A DNA stretch of 64,000 bases from an uncultured Chloroflexia bacterium. GTDB taxonomy: Bacteria; Chloroflexota; Limnocylindria; Limnocylindrales; CSP1-4. Within the stretch, counting starts at the first letter, position 1, and every line of letters starts with the position of its first letter. A program made the translations under genes and the position numbers. Positions 10,496 through 19,147 of this stretch are shown in pieces. The notes under the pieces were generated by a model. That model was not told the DNA's origin. It saw only the letters and a program-made list of their open reading frames with translations, and searched no databases. The stretch lies in assembly GCA_963705425.1 (NCBI GenBank), contig CAVPJO010000014.1, positions 925 to 64,924 of the forward strand, given 5' to 3'.

Positions 10496-11015
10496 CGGAG
10501 TCCTCCTTGTGTGGCGCCCACCATACGCCGATGGCCGATCGATGGGCACTCCCGGGAGGGCATGGGAGGCAGTCCGTACCCACGACCTCGAGCGTCAGAG
10601 GGCGTGCTCGGTACCGGTCCGCGCAACGAACCTGTCCGTCAAGGAGCGTTCGGGTGTCGATTCGCACGACGGGACGTCCGTGCTCTGCCGAGACGTGGAC
10701 GCCGGGACCCTGCTGCGGCTGCCAGGCCCACAGCTCGGGTGGTGGCCTCCTCTCTCCTTCGCTGCTCGTCGTGGCCGCGGTCGTAGGGGTCAGCCTCGCG
10801 GTAACGGGCGAGGGGTGGTCATGTCTCCGGCGACTACGCCCGTGCGCTCGTCTTCGACCCGTTCATGAGTTCCGATTCCACGCCCGTCGCTTGGTGGCGC
10901 ACCGGGGGATCAGCGCCGGCATCGAGATCGATTCCCGCTCCTGCGACATCATCGTGGTGCGCTGGGAGGCGTTCAGCGGACTGCGCGGAGAAGGCCGATG
11001 GCTAGCTCGATGTCA

Positions 11016-11399
11016 TCATCTGGCCAGCGCCAGGGCCTGGCGCTGGCTCCCCGAGGCGACGATGAAGTCGCGCAGGGCCTGCTCCCCCTTGGGCCCCCAC
11101 AACTCCGCGCGGAACACGAACTTGCCGACGTGGACGGCAAGGTGATGGGTCCCGACCTCGGACTCCACGTCGCCGACCCGGACCACGCCCCAGGGCGCCA
11201 GGGTCGTCATCCAGTGGTCGCGCCTGCGGGCATCGGTGGTGACGATCACGAGCTCGAAGGGCGTGGCCACGAGGACCAAATCGCGGCCGGCGATGGCCCC
11301 GTGGACCGGCAGCACCGTGAGCACCTGCTCGTTGCGGAAGCGGTGCTTGACCGCGTCGATGGGCAGGTCGATGAGACCCTCGAGGTTCCTGAAACGCAT
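11016..11399 (-). CDS. Hypothetical protein, paralog of 4763..5177
   Basis: ORF 11016..11522. ATG 11399 (MRFRNLEGLIDLPIDAV...) is preceded by GGAGGC. It shares FRNEQVLTVLPV, LVLVATP and DHWMTTLAPWGVVRV blocks with the 4.7-kb copy. Confidence 0.65.
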   Translation of the reverse strand: MRFRNLEGLIDLPIDAVKHRFRNEQVLTVLPVHGAIAGRDLVLVATPFELVIVTTDARRRDHWMTTLAPWGVVRVGDVESEVGTHHLAVHVGKFVFRAELWGPKGEQALRDFIVASGSQRQALALAR

Positions 11400-11927
11400 G
11401 GTGATGCCTCCGACTACGACGACCAGACGGTGGGCACGGAACCAGGGTACGCCTCCGTGCAAGCGCAGCCCGTGAGCGCGACCGTGCGCCGCGGCGCCCT
11501 GATCCGTGCCGGAGTGGTCCACCGATGCCGCTCTCGCCCAGAGACCCGACCGTGGCCATGGGAGGGGCCACCAGCAACGTGCTCGACGTGGTGTCCGTCC
11601 GGCACGCTCTTTCGAAGACGGGCACGTCTCCCTGGTCCCGAGACCGGCGACCGCTCACGTGACCTCGCGGACCGGGACGAGGGGCTCAACGGGCCACCAC
11701 CAAGACCCGCATCACCCTGTGATCGAGCCCGGGTTTCGCGTCAAGACCGGTCGAGCCAGGCATCGACCGACCGTTCAGGCGCTCAGACCTGGGACCGGCG
11801 TAGAGGCGAGATATCGCCGCAGTCGGCATCACGGCTTGGGGTGGGCTCACTCACTAGGCTGGACGCCACGTCAGCTACGAGCAGGCCGCAGCGTGCGCCC
11901 GACGCCCGCTCCTTGGGGACTCTGCCG

Positions 11928-13094
11928 CTAGCTCGGGCAGGCGGGCGACAGCGGGGCATCGGGCTGCTTGATGGCCTTCGCCAAGACACTGGGATCGGCC
12001 GTGCCGCCGTCAGTCGCCCAGTCCGCCAGCAGGGCGATGTCGCCATCGGGCCCCAGCACCGCGATGTAGATCGTGGGCCGCCTGACCCAGCTGCCATCGA
12101 CCTTCACCTGCCTGCAGCCGTTGGCGGGCTCCAGGAAGCGCAGGCTGGCCTTGCCGCCGTCGTTTCGATAGCAGCCCTCCGTGGTGACGCCGCCGCCGAT
12201 CCAGTTGGTCAAGGTCTTCTGACCGGCCGAACAGCGTTTCCCGCTGTCCTTCACCCCGTTCTCGACCATGCGCTGCTCGAAGACCTTGGACGCATCCGGG
12301 CCATCCATGAGGTAATAGGCCATGTCCGCGACCGCGGAGGTCTTGGGCGCGCACTGCACGGCGGCGAGGGTGCCGGTGGGGTTCTGGCTGCGGCGAGGTA
12401 CGCAGGTGGCTCGGATGGCTGCCGGAATGCCCTTCAGCAGTACCCGCTCGGCCGAGGAGAAGGCGGCAGGCTTCGCCGGAGCGGCGCCGGCCTTCTGGAT
12501 CGCGAGCTGGTTCCTGACCTTCTTCAGCTCGGCCTGGAGCGTCGAGACTCGCTTGCGCAGTCTGGAGGTGTTCTTGGCGGCCTTGGTCAGCTTGTCCACG
12601 TCGGACTGCAGCGTCGCGAAATCGGCTTGGATCCCGGCGATCTCAGCAGCCGTCAGCGTGATGTTCGGCTGCTCGAAGGCGAGGAGGACGCCGCCGGCTG
12701 CGTCGGACAACTGCAGAGTCCCCTCCGCGACGGCCCACGTCGCGACCATCGGGAGGGCCGTGAGGTAGGCGTCATCGACCGTCGTCTCGTCCTCGGGACA
12801 GGCCGTCAGCGTGCGCACGAACTCCTCGCCGAAGGTGAGCGACTCGCCCTCGAGGATGTAGGTGCCGGAGAAGCTGTTACAACCACCGTTGCCGCTGGCC
12901 ACGCCGGCGTCGAGCTGGAGCATCGCGTCGACGGTCCAGGGGACTGGCACGAGCTGCCCATCGGCGGCGTAGGTCGTGAGGTCCCAGCGGACGCCTTCCG
13001 GGCTCGCGGGCTCCTCCTGCGCGAGCGCGGCGGACGGGATCGTGACGACGAAGATCGCGGCCAGGAGCACGCGGATGAGTCGGTACCTTGGCAT
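11928..13094 (-). CDS. Secreted META-domain (HslJ-like) protein with a coiled-coil linker and Cys-rich C-terminal domain
   Basis: ORF 11928..13094. Signal peptide MPRYRLIRVLLAAIFVVTIPSAALAQ. META signature GNGGCNSFSGTY...LTFGE...TLTACPED. Heptad-like stretch DFATLQSDVDKLTKAAKNTSRLRKRVSTLQAELKKVRNQL. C-terminal part has six Cys. SD GGAGGG lies upstream. Confidence 0.8.
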   Translation of the reverse strand: MPRYRLIRVLLAAIFVVTIPSAALAQEEPASPEGVRWDLTTYAADGQLVPVPWTVDAMLQLDAGVASGNGGCNSFSGTYILEGESLTFGEEFVRTLTACPEDETTVDDAYLTALPMVATWAVAEGTLQLSDAAGGVLLAFEQPNITLTAAEIAGIQADFATLQSDVDKLTKAAKNTSRLRKRVSTLQAELKKVRNQLAIQKAGAAPAKPAAFSSAERVLLKGIPAAIRATCVPRRSQNPTGTLAAVQCAPKTSAVADMAYYLMDGPDASKVFEQRMVENGVKDSGKRCSAGQKTLTNWIGGGVTTEGCYRNDGGKASLRFLEPANGCRQVKVDGSWVRRPTIYIAVLGPDGDIALLADWATDGGTADPSVLAKAIKQPDAPLSPACPS

Positions 13095-13379
13095 GGCGGA
13101 ACCCTCCTACTTGCGAGCATGTTCGACGAGACGAGACGACGCCCCGCTTGCCGGTGACTCGGCACGGCTCAGGTGCATCCGACCGGGGCCGTGCCTCACA
13201 GCCTCCCGCTAACTGGGATTCTCTCGCGCTCGTCTACGGGTCGGAGGCATCCTCACAGGCAACCTCCTGGTGATGCCGACGGCCACCGTGAACCGTCCTG
13301 ACTTCGGTGGAGACTCTGAGGTGCCCTGATCTGGCTTGGCCGGCCGACCGATGACGTTCTCGTCGGACACGGCGTTCGG

Positions 13380-13610
13380 CTATGACCCGGTGGGCGGCAT
13401 CTGCCCGACGGCGGCGCGAAGCGTAACCAGGAACTCATCGAGCGGGACTCGATGGATCTTGGCTGCGCGCTCCACGGTCAGGGCGCGCGTGAGCAACCTT
13501 CGGACGCCGTAGCTGCCGACCCGCTTGATCCCGAAGACCTCCATCACAGCGGCGATGTCGCCGTACTCGCGCAGGATGTCCGAGACCTTGGTGTCCTTGG
13601 TGATCTCCAC
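13380..13610 (-). CDS. DUF1858-domain small protein
   Basis: A 76-aa reading frame from GTG 13610 with AGGAGG 5 nt upstream: VEITKDTKVSDILREYGDIAAVMEVFGIKRVG...LTVERAAKIHRVPLDEFLVTLRAAV matches the DUF1858 pattern. The rest of ORF 13380..14075 is Arg/Ser-rich. Confidence 0.7.
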   Translation of the reverse strand: MEITKDTKVSDILREYGDIAAVMEVFGIKRVGSYGVRRLLTRALTVERAAKIHRVPLDEFLVTLRAAVGQMPPTGS

Positions 13611-13788
13611 ACTCGACCTCCTGGCAGGCGCGATACGGCGCCCGCCGCGTCGGCCGGAAGCCTGGACGGCCACTGTGGGTCCCAGGGTGCGGGAAGTCAA
13701 CCAGCGGTACAAGTCTGGGTCTGGCAGTTCCCCAGGGACCGACGTCGAGGGACACGGCTTGCACGATCCGACGACGGCGCCGGCGTCG

Positions 13789-14844
13789 TCAGTGGCCGTC
13801 AGCGTCCCTCGCGAGGAACGCGGCGATGTTGGTCCACGGGACGTCAGGTTCGTCGATGTCGTAGGCAGGACACAGGATGAGCCCCCCTCGCCCAAGCGAT
13901 CGGATGCGGTGCCTGACCTCCCGGCGGATGGTCGTGGCGTCTGCGAACGCGAACGTCGTCTGACGGCCGACCGTGCCCCAGAGCGCGAGACGTGAGCCGA
14001 ATCGTCGCCGGATGCGAACAGCGTCCATGTGCTCTGGCTGGAGCGGGTTGATGGCGGCGACGCCGATCTCCACAAGGTCGTCCAGGATGGGTTCGAAGTG
14101 GCCGTCGCTGTGGTAGAGCACGCGGATGTCAGGCTTCACAGCTCGGGCAGCTCCGATGATGCCGGCGAGCCGAGGCTTGAAGGACTCGCGCCACGTCGCG
14201 GGGCTGATCATCATCGTGCCCGGCATGCCGACGTCATCGTCGAGCGAGAGGACATCCACGCCGGCCTGCGCGAGGGTCGCCGCGTTGCTCCGTGCCAGCT
14301 CGGACAGCCGATCGAGCAGGTAGTGGGCCATCTCCTTGCGGCGGACCAGGTCGATGAGGAAGTTCTCGAGACCCCGCAGGCGCCAGGCTGCCTCGAACAG
14401 CTCACCCCCGAGATGGGGAGTGTTGCCACCAGCAGCCAGTCCGGCTCGGTGGATGTCGTTCACTTGGCGCGAGAGATCGTCGACCACCCTTGGCCCCCGC
14501 ACCTCCGGGAATGGGAAGCGCTCGAGATCGGCGAGGCTGGTGGCGTGTTCGAGGGGATTGGCGGTTTCCGAGGCTTCGGGGTGGTAGCCCCAGCTGGCAT
14601 ACCGCGCCACCTGCGATCGGCTGCCCAGCCGGGTGTTGCCCGCATACGGCAGCGCGCGTCGCCGAAGGTCTTCCTCCTCGGCCGAGACGGGGAAGGCGAC
14701 GAACTCGACATCGACGAGGCCGTCGTGCCAGGACCCTGGCGGCGCCAACGCCTTCGCGTCGATGCGGTAGAAGGCGAGGGCTCGAGGTACCCGGTCAGGC
14801 TCGTAGCCATCGAGGGCTGCGAGGATCCTGTCCCGGCCGTTCAT
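13789..14844 (-). CDS. Uroporphyrinogen decarboxylase (URO-D) family protein, methyltransferase-like subgroup
   Basis: ORF 13789..14844 (351 aa): RILAALDGYEPDRVP start, GGELFEAAWRLRGLENFLIDL, GVDVLSLDDDVGMPGTMMISP, LYHSDGHFEPILDDLVEIGVAAINPLQP. Overall layout is that of the URO-D/MtaA-like family. Confidence 0.8.
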   Translation of the reverse strand: MNGRDRILAALDGYEPDRVPRALAFYRIDAKALAPPGSWHDGLVDVEFVAFPVSAEEEDLRRRALPYAGNTRLGSRSQVARYASWGYHPEASETANPLEHATSLADLERFPFPEVRGPRVVDDLSRQVNDIHRAGLAAGGNTPHLGGELFEAAWRLRGLENFLIDLVRRKEMAHYLLDRLSELARSNAATLAQAGVDVLSLDDDVGMPGTMMISPATWRESFKPRLAGIIGAARAVKPDIRVLYHSDGHFEPILDDLVEIGVAAINPLQPEHMDAVRIRRRFGSRLALWGTVGRQTTFAFADATTIRREVRHRIRSLGRGGLILCPAYDIDEPDVPWTNIAAFLARDADGH

Positions 14845-14996
14845 CGCCTGCCTCGTCGTCCTTCCGTGGCGTCAGCGGCCACCCGGCGGCTCGATGCCGC
14901 CGCCCCGATCGAATGGCTGCGCCACCTACCGTGCATGTAGCGCGCCGGACCAAGGTGGCGCCGGGCGCACGGCACGCTCCCCCGACCACAGCCATG

Positions 14997-15350
14997 TCAG
15001 CACGTGACGTGCAGGACCGCCGAGATGTTCTCTTGATCCATCGACCGCAGGCGACGGCAAGCGTCCGCGGTCGGCTCGGCGATCACCTCGACCCCGCGAC
15101 GGCTGGCCTCCTCGTACAGCTCGGGCATGACGGGCAGCTGACCGGAGGCCCCTGTGCCGATGATCAAGACGGACGCCGACCACGGGACGGCCTCCGCGAT
15201 CGAGAGCGGCGTGTGGCCGTACCGGTCCCGGTGAGCCCTCGACGGCCCCTTCTGGCGCTTGCGGATGGCTCCTTGATCGAGCACCACGTCGTACTCGTAG
15301 CGCTGGCCATCGATCTCGATGAGACCGAACGAGATGAGCCTGGCGTCCAT
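14997..15350 (-). CDS. Mth938-like (DUF498) domain protein
   Basis: ORF 14997..15350 (117 aa): FGLIEIDGQRYEYDVVL, VLIIGTGASGQLPVMPEL...GVEVIAEPTADACR fits the Mth938/NDUFAF3-like pattern. Confidence 0.7.
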   Translation of the reverse strand: MDARLISFGLIEIDGQRYEYDVVLDQGAIRKRQKGPSRAHRDRYGHTPLSIAEAVPWSASVLIIGTGASGQLPVMPELYEEASRRGVEVIAEPTADACRRLRSMDQENISAVLHVTC

Positions 15351-15833
15351 GGCGACCTCCGGTGCCCATCATCGCTCAGCCCGGCCGCGAACACCAAGCG
15401 TGGAGTACAGGCCCGCGCCACCCCTGGCCACGTGGCTTGCACGGACGGCCACGGTGGTCGGCTCACACGGCTGCGGTAGTACGTACTTCCACGCATCGAT
15501 GTTGTCAGCGCGGACCGTCACGATGGGTGTGGCGGATCCAACCGGCATCCGCTTCGGATCATGTCCGACGAGGAGGACCGCTGCCCATGACGCTCGATCT
15601 GTCACCCATCCGCTGGCCCTAGGCTTCCGCGGCGAAAGGGCTGTCACCAGCGCCGCCGGCGGAGATGCACAGAGCATGCTCGGCTGCGGACTACACGCTC
15701 GGAGTGGCAGTCAGCTCGTGCGCTATCGTTGGGTCCAGGCTCGCGTGTGCCTGGCGGATGGCCTCCCGCGCTTCGAGGCTGATGCCGAGCCCATGCGGCT
15801 CTGCGTCGGCACGCTCGGGGAGGCTAGCGTGAT

Positions 15834-16286
15834 GTGGTGGAGCAAGTAGCACGTCGGCATGTCCGACGCCAGGTTGTCGGCCGGCTCATCCTCGTCCTGA
15901 GCGGCATGGGCTACCCACTGACGCAGTTCGCGATCGTGCGTCATGGCCGACGTGGCGCCGTGGTCGCCCAAGGCATCGCGGCGCTGCTGCTGGTTCGGGA
16001 CGCCACGCTGGTGGCGACCGGCGCTCCCGCCCTCCTGCGGGCTGGCCCCGCTCGACTGCTGTACCTCGAAGGGTTCGCTGCTCTGGTGGCCGCCCTGGCA
16101 GGACTCCGGCTCCTGACCGGCGACCCCACCATCGGAGCGGTCGTCCGACCCGGTGATCGGCTCGAATGGCTGCGACGCGTCTCGATGGCCGCGCTCTTCG
16201 GACTGCATACCTGGCGCTTCTCGATCTACCTCCAGCCCGACCACGGGCGCCGCACGGACCTGGTCGAGACGACGAAAGCGCGCTGA
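15834..16286 (+). CDS. Hypothetical membrane protein
   Basis: ORF 15834..16286 has very high GC3 and several hydrophobic segments (GRLILVLSGMGYPL, AVVAQGIAALLLV, LYLEGFAALVAALAGLRLL, MAALFGLHTW). The antisense ORF 15723..16304 is low-complexity. Confidence 0.5.
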   Translation: MVEQVARRHVRRQVVGRLILVLSGMGYPLTQFAIVRHGRRGAVVAQGIAALLLVRDATLVATGAPALLRAGPARLLYLEGFAALVAALAGLRLLTGDPTIGAVVRPGDRLEWLRRVSMAALFGLHTWRFSIYLQPDHGRRTDLVETTKAR

Positions 16287-16591
16287 TCGACATCGCCGAG
16301 TCACCGACCCCCGGCACCACCGCCGCCGGGCTGTCGGCGGGTGTGCCGGGGGTCGTCATCCCACACATGGCCGACCAGCCGTACTGGGGCCGACGGGTCC
16401 ACGCTCTGGGTGTCGGGCCTCGGCCGCTACCGAAGCATCGGCTGACCGCTGCCCAGCTCCGTGGAGCCATCGTGGAGTCCGTGACCGGCGAGACGATCAA
16501 GCGGCACGCAGCCGAACTCGGAGCTCGAATTCGTGGCGAGGACGGCCTGCGCACGGCGGTGGCCATCGTCGAGCAGGCGGTGGGAACCTGA
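16283..16591 (+). pseudogene. C-terminal remnant (~100 aa) of a GT1-family UDP-glycosyltransferase (MGT-like)
   Basis: The distal part of ORF 16166..16591 reads PGTTAAGLSAGVPGVVIPHMADQPYWGRRVHALGVGP...LTAAQLRGAI, i.e. the nucleotide-sugar-binding C-terminal motif (GG.GT..AL..GVP....P...DQ..W). No N-terminal GT domain precedes it in any frame. Confidence 0.7.
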
Positions 16592-16679
16592 TCGGATCGG
16601 CCAGTCACGCCCCCGGAGGCTCGGCTCGCGGTCGCCCTCCGGTCGGCCGGCTGGCACCAACGTCGTGGCCGGGTACAAA

Positions 16680-16961
16680 CTAGCGGCGAGGTGGTTTCGT
16701 TCCCTGGACGTGGCGACCTGGCGGTGTGACCGTGGGGGCCTGGGCGTGCAGCCCGAAGCGGATGGCTTGGTCCGGCCACTCCGGATCGTCAGGCATCCAG
16801 CGGTGCGTTCTGGAGCCATGGTCATCGATGTGGTCGATGGAGCCATCGGCTGAGAGGACGAGCCTGCCGCCGTCCGCGAGGTCGAGTCCATGTGGCTTGA
16901 ATCGGCGGCCCCGAATCGCCGGGGTCCGTGGCGGCTCCTGCCCGCCGAGCTGGTCAGTCAT
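16680..16961 (-). CDS. Hypothetical small protein
   Basis: ORF 16680..16994. The internal ATG 16961 (MTDQLGG...) is preceded by AGGAG. No family recognised. Confidence 0.4.
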   Translation of the reverse strand: MTDQLGGQEPPRTPAIRGRRFKPHGLDLADGGRLVLSADGSIDHIDDHGSRTHRWMPDDPEWPDQAIRFGLHAQAPTVTPPGRHVQGTKPPRR

Positions 16962-17128
16962 CGTGGTCTCCTGTGTGGTGCAGTGCGTGACCATGCGTCG
17001 AAGTGGCTGCTATGAACCCCGATGTCGTTAGTCAGGATGGTCCCAGCCTGCATATCGCCGGGGGCCGACTTCCCGCTCGGTCGATGTGCGGGTAGAGCGC
17101 ACCGATCGCGCCATCGCCCGGGACGACA

Positions 17129-19039
17129 CTAGTCAAGGTAGTCCTTGAGCTTGCGGCTGCGGGAAGGGTGGCGCAACTTGCGCAGCGCCTTGCCCTCGAT
17201 CTGGCGGATGCGCTCGCGGGTGACGTTGAACTCCCGGCCCACCTCCTCGAGGGTGCGGGGGCGCCCATCCTCGAGACCGAAGCGCAGCTGTAGCACGCGG
17301 CTCTCGCGTCCAGAGAGCGAGTCGAGGACAGCCTTCACCTGCTCCTTGAGCAGCTGGCGCGAAGCGGCCTCGGCCGGAGCCAGGGCGGCACGGTCCTCGA
17401 TGAACTCGCCAAGATGGGAGTCTCCTTCTTCGCCGATGGGCGTCTCGAGCGAGACCGGCTCCTGGCTGACCTTGATGATCTCGCGGACCCTGTCCGGGGT
17501 GATCAGGATGACGGTGTCGATCTCCTTGTCGTTCTTCTTGGGCAGCTTGACGTCGTAGCTCGGACCGGAGCCGGTGATGGCGTAGTCATCATCGGTCATC
17601 GGCTGGACCTTGGAGGGATCGATCACCCACACGGTGATCGTTGCGGTCGCGTCGCGCCTGACCTCGATGTCCGGGTTGCCATCCTTGGCCTGGGCGAGGT
17701 TGGCACTGCCGCCAAGGCGGCCCAGGATCTCGGTGGCGAACTCCAGGCCGACGGTCATGGCGAAGGCGATCTCCTCCATGGTCGGTTCACGCCCCAGCTC
17801 CTGCAGCAGGCGACGTGAGACACGGACGAGGCGGTTGATGGTCTCGACCATGTGCACCGGCACTCGGATGGTGCGTGCCTGGTCGGCGATGGCCCGCGAG
17901 ATGGCCTGGCGGATCCACCACGTGGCATACGTCGAGAATTTGAAGCCCCTCTCGTAGTCGAACTTCTCGACGGCACGGATGAGGCCGATGTTGCCTTCCT
18001 GGATGAGGTCCAGGAACGACATGCCGCGACCGATGTATTTCTTGGCGATGGAGACCACGAGACGCAGGTTGGCCGAGGTCAGCGACTCGCGACCAGCCCT
18101 GCCGGTGCGGACGATGGAGCCATGACGGTCGCGCGGCTTGAGGTGCTGTTGGCTCAGCTCAGGGTCCCAGCCCCACTCGCGCATGACTTCGGCTTCCTTG
18201 CCGGCGAGGATGAAGTGCCGGAGTGACTCGTGTGCCACCCCCTGCGACCAGTCGTAGACGGCGCGCAAGCCCTTGTCGTCGCGGCAGTCCTGGTCGCCGT
18301 TGTGCACCGAGGCCCAGGCGAAGTCCACCAGGCCGGTGAAGACCTCAGAGGTGCGTCTCGCGTCATAGGCGGCTACCTGTTGCTTGGCGATCTTGAGCAC
18401 GGCTTTGGTGTGCTTGCTTTGGGCGGATCGCTGCGCGCCGGTCAGGTGCAGATCGGGCGCAGGGCCGATGAGCCCGTCGGTCTCGGCCATGGCGAATGCC
18501 GAGCGCACGATGCGATCCGCATCATCGGCGTAGCCATCCAGACGGTGCTCGGGCCACATGTCGCGGGTCTTCCGCTCGGTGTCATGCCGAGTCCACTCCC
18601 AGAGCGAGAGGACGGCCTTCCAGGGCTCCTCCACGGGCAAGGTCCGGGAATCTCGCAGGCTGCCGCCAGCCATCTGCTCGCCGAGTTCGATGGCCTTGGC
18701 GAAGATGACCTCCTCCTCGGCCTTGAGCAGCGGGACCTTGCCGATCTCACGGAGGTACATGCGGACCGGGTCGTCGATGCCGGCCATGGCATCCAACCCT
18801 TCCGGGGTGGGCGACTGCTCCGCCCCTTCCTGATCGGTCCTTGCCGCCAGCTCATGCCAAGGCTGTCTCTGGCCCTCCTCGACGGTGCTCCGGACGCCCA
18901 GCTCGGAGGCGGCCCGTGAACCGCGCGGTGCGCCGATCTCGTCTTCCTGCTCGGAGCGGCCGACGTCGCCGCCGATCTCACGCTTGTCGCGCTCGAGGAC
19001 TGACGCCACTAGCAGCTTGTCGGTAGCGTCGGGTGTCAT
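17129..19039 (-). CDS. rpoD: Primary-type RNA polymerase sigma-70 factor (RpoD/SigA) with a long 1.2-2.1 non-conserved region and an extra ~85-aa insertion in region 3
   Basis: ORF 17129..19039 (636 aa) is intact. Conserved blocks: [131 protein letters not shown]. Confidence 0.95.
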   Translation of the reverse strand: MTPDATDKLLVASVLERDKREIGGDVGRSEQEDEIGAPRGSRAASELGVRSTVEEGQRQPWHELAARTDQEGAEQSPTPEGLDAMAGIDDPVRMYLREIGKVPLLKAEEEVIFAKAIELGEQMAGGSLRDSRTLPVEEPWKAVLSLWEWTRHDTERKTRDMWPEHRLDGYADDADRIVRSAFAMAETDGLIGPAPDLHLTGAQRSAQSKHTKAVLKIAKQQVAAYDARRTSEVFTGLVDFAWASVHNGDQDCRDDKGLRAVYDWSQGVAHESLRHFILAGKEAEVMREWGWDPELSQQHLKPRDRHGSIVRTGRAGRESLTSANLRLVVSIAKKYIGRGMSFLDLIQEGNIGLIRAVEKFDYERGFKFSTYATWWIRQAISRAIADQARTIRVPVHMVETINRLVRVSRRLLQELGREPTMEEIAFAMTVGLEFATEILGRLGGSANLAQAKDGNPDIEVRRDATATITVWVIDPSKVQPMTDDDYAITGSGPSYDVKLPKKNDKEIDTVILITPDRVREIIKVSQEPVSLETPIGEEGDSHLGEFIEDRAALAPAEAASRQLLKEQVKAVLDSLSGRESRVLQLRFGLEDGRPRTLEEVGREFNVTRERIRQIEGKALRKLRHPSRSRKLKDYLD

Positions 19040-19147
19040 GGGTAACCTGCCTGGTGGCGCGAGGCGGGGCGGAATCGATCCGTCCGGGGGGGCCTCCTCT
19101 CAAGGGTACTCGACGCTATCGCACAGCACGTGAGATCGGGTGGAGGC

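Noticed and set aside
10998-13157. 719-aa plus-strand ORF, the longest uninterrupted ORF in this part of the window
   Set aside because: It is entirely antisense to the well-supported META-domain gene and paralog 2. The product is Arg/Gly/Ala/Asp-rich with no recognisable motif. Long antisense ORFs are expected in GC-rich DNA because stop codons are AT-rich.
17498-17755. The sigma-factor insertion as an intein
   Set aside because: It is too short (about 85 aa). It lacks an N-terminal Cys/Ser-plus-block-A pattern and a C-terminal His-Asn followed by Cys/Ser/Thr. It looks like a small inserted domain instead.
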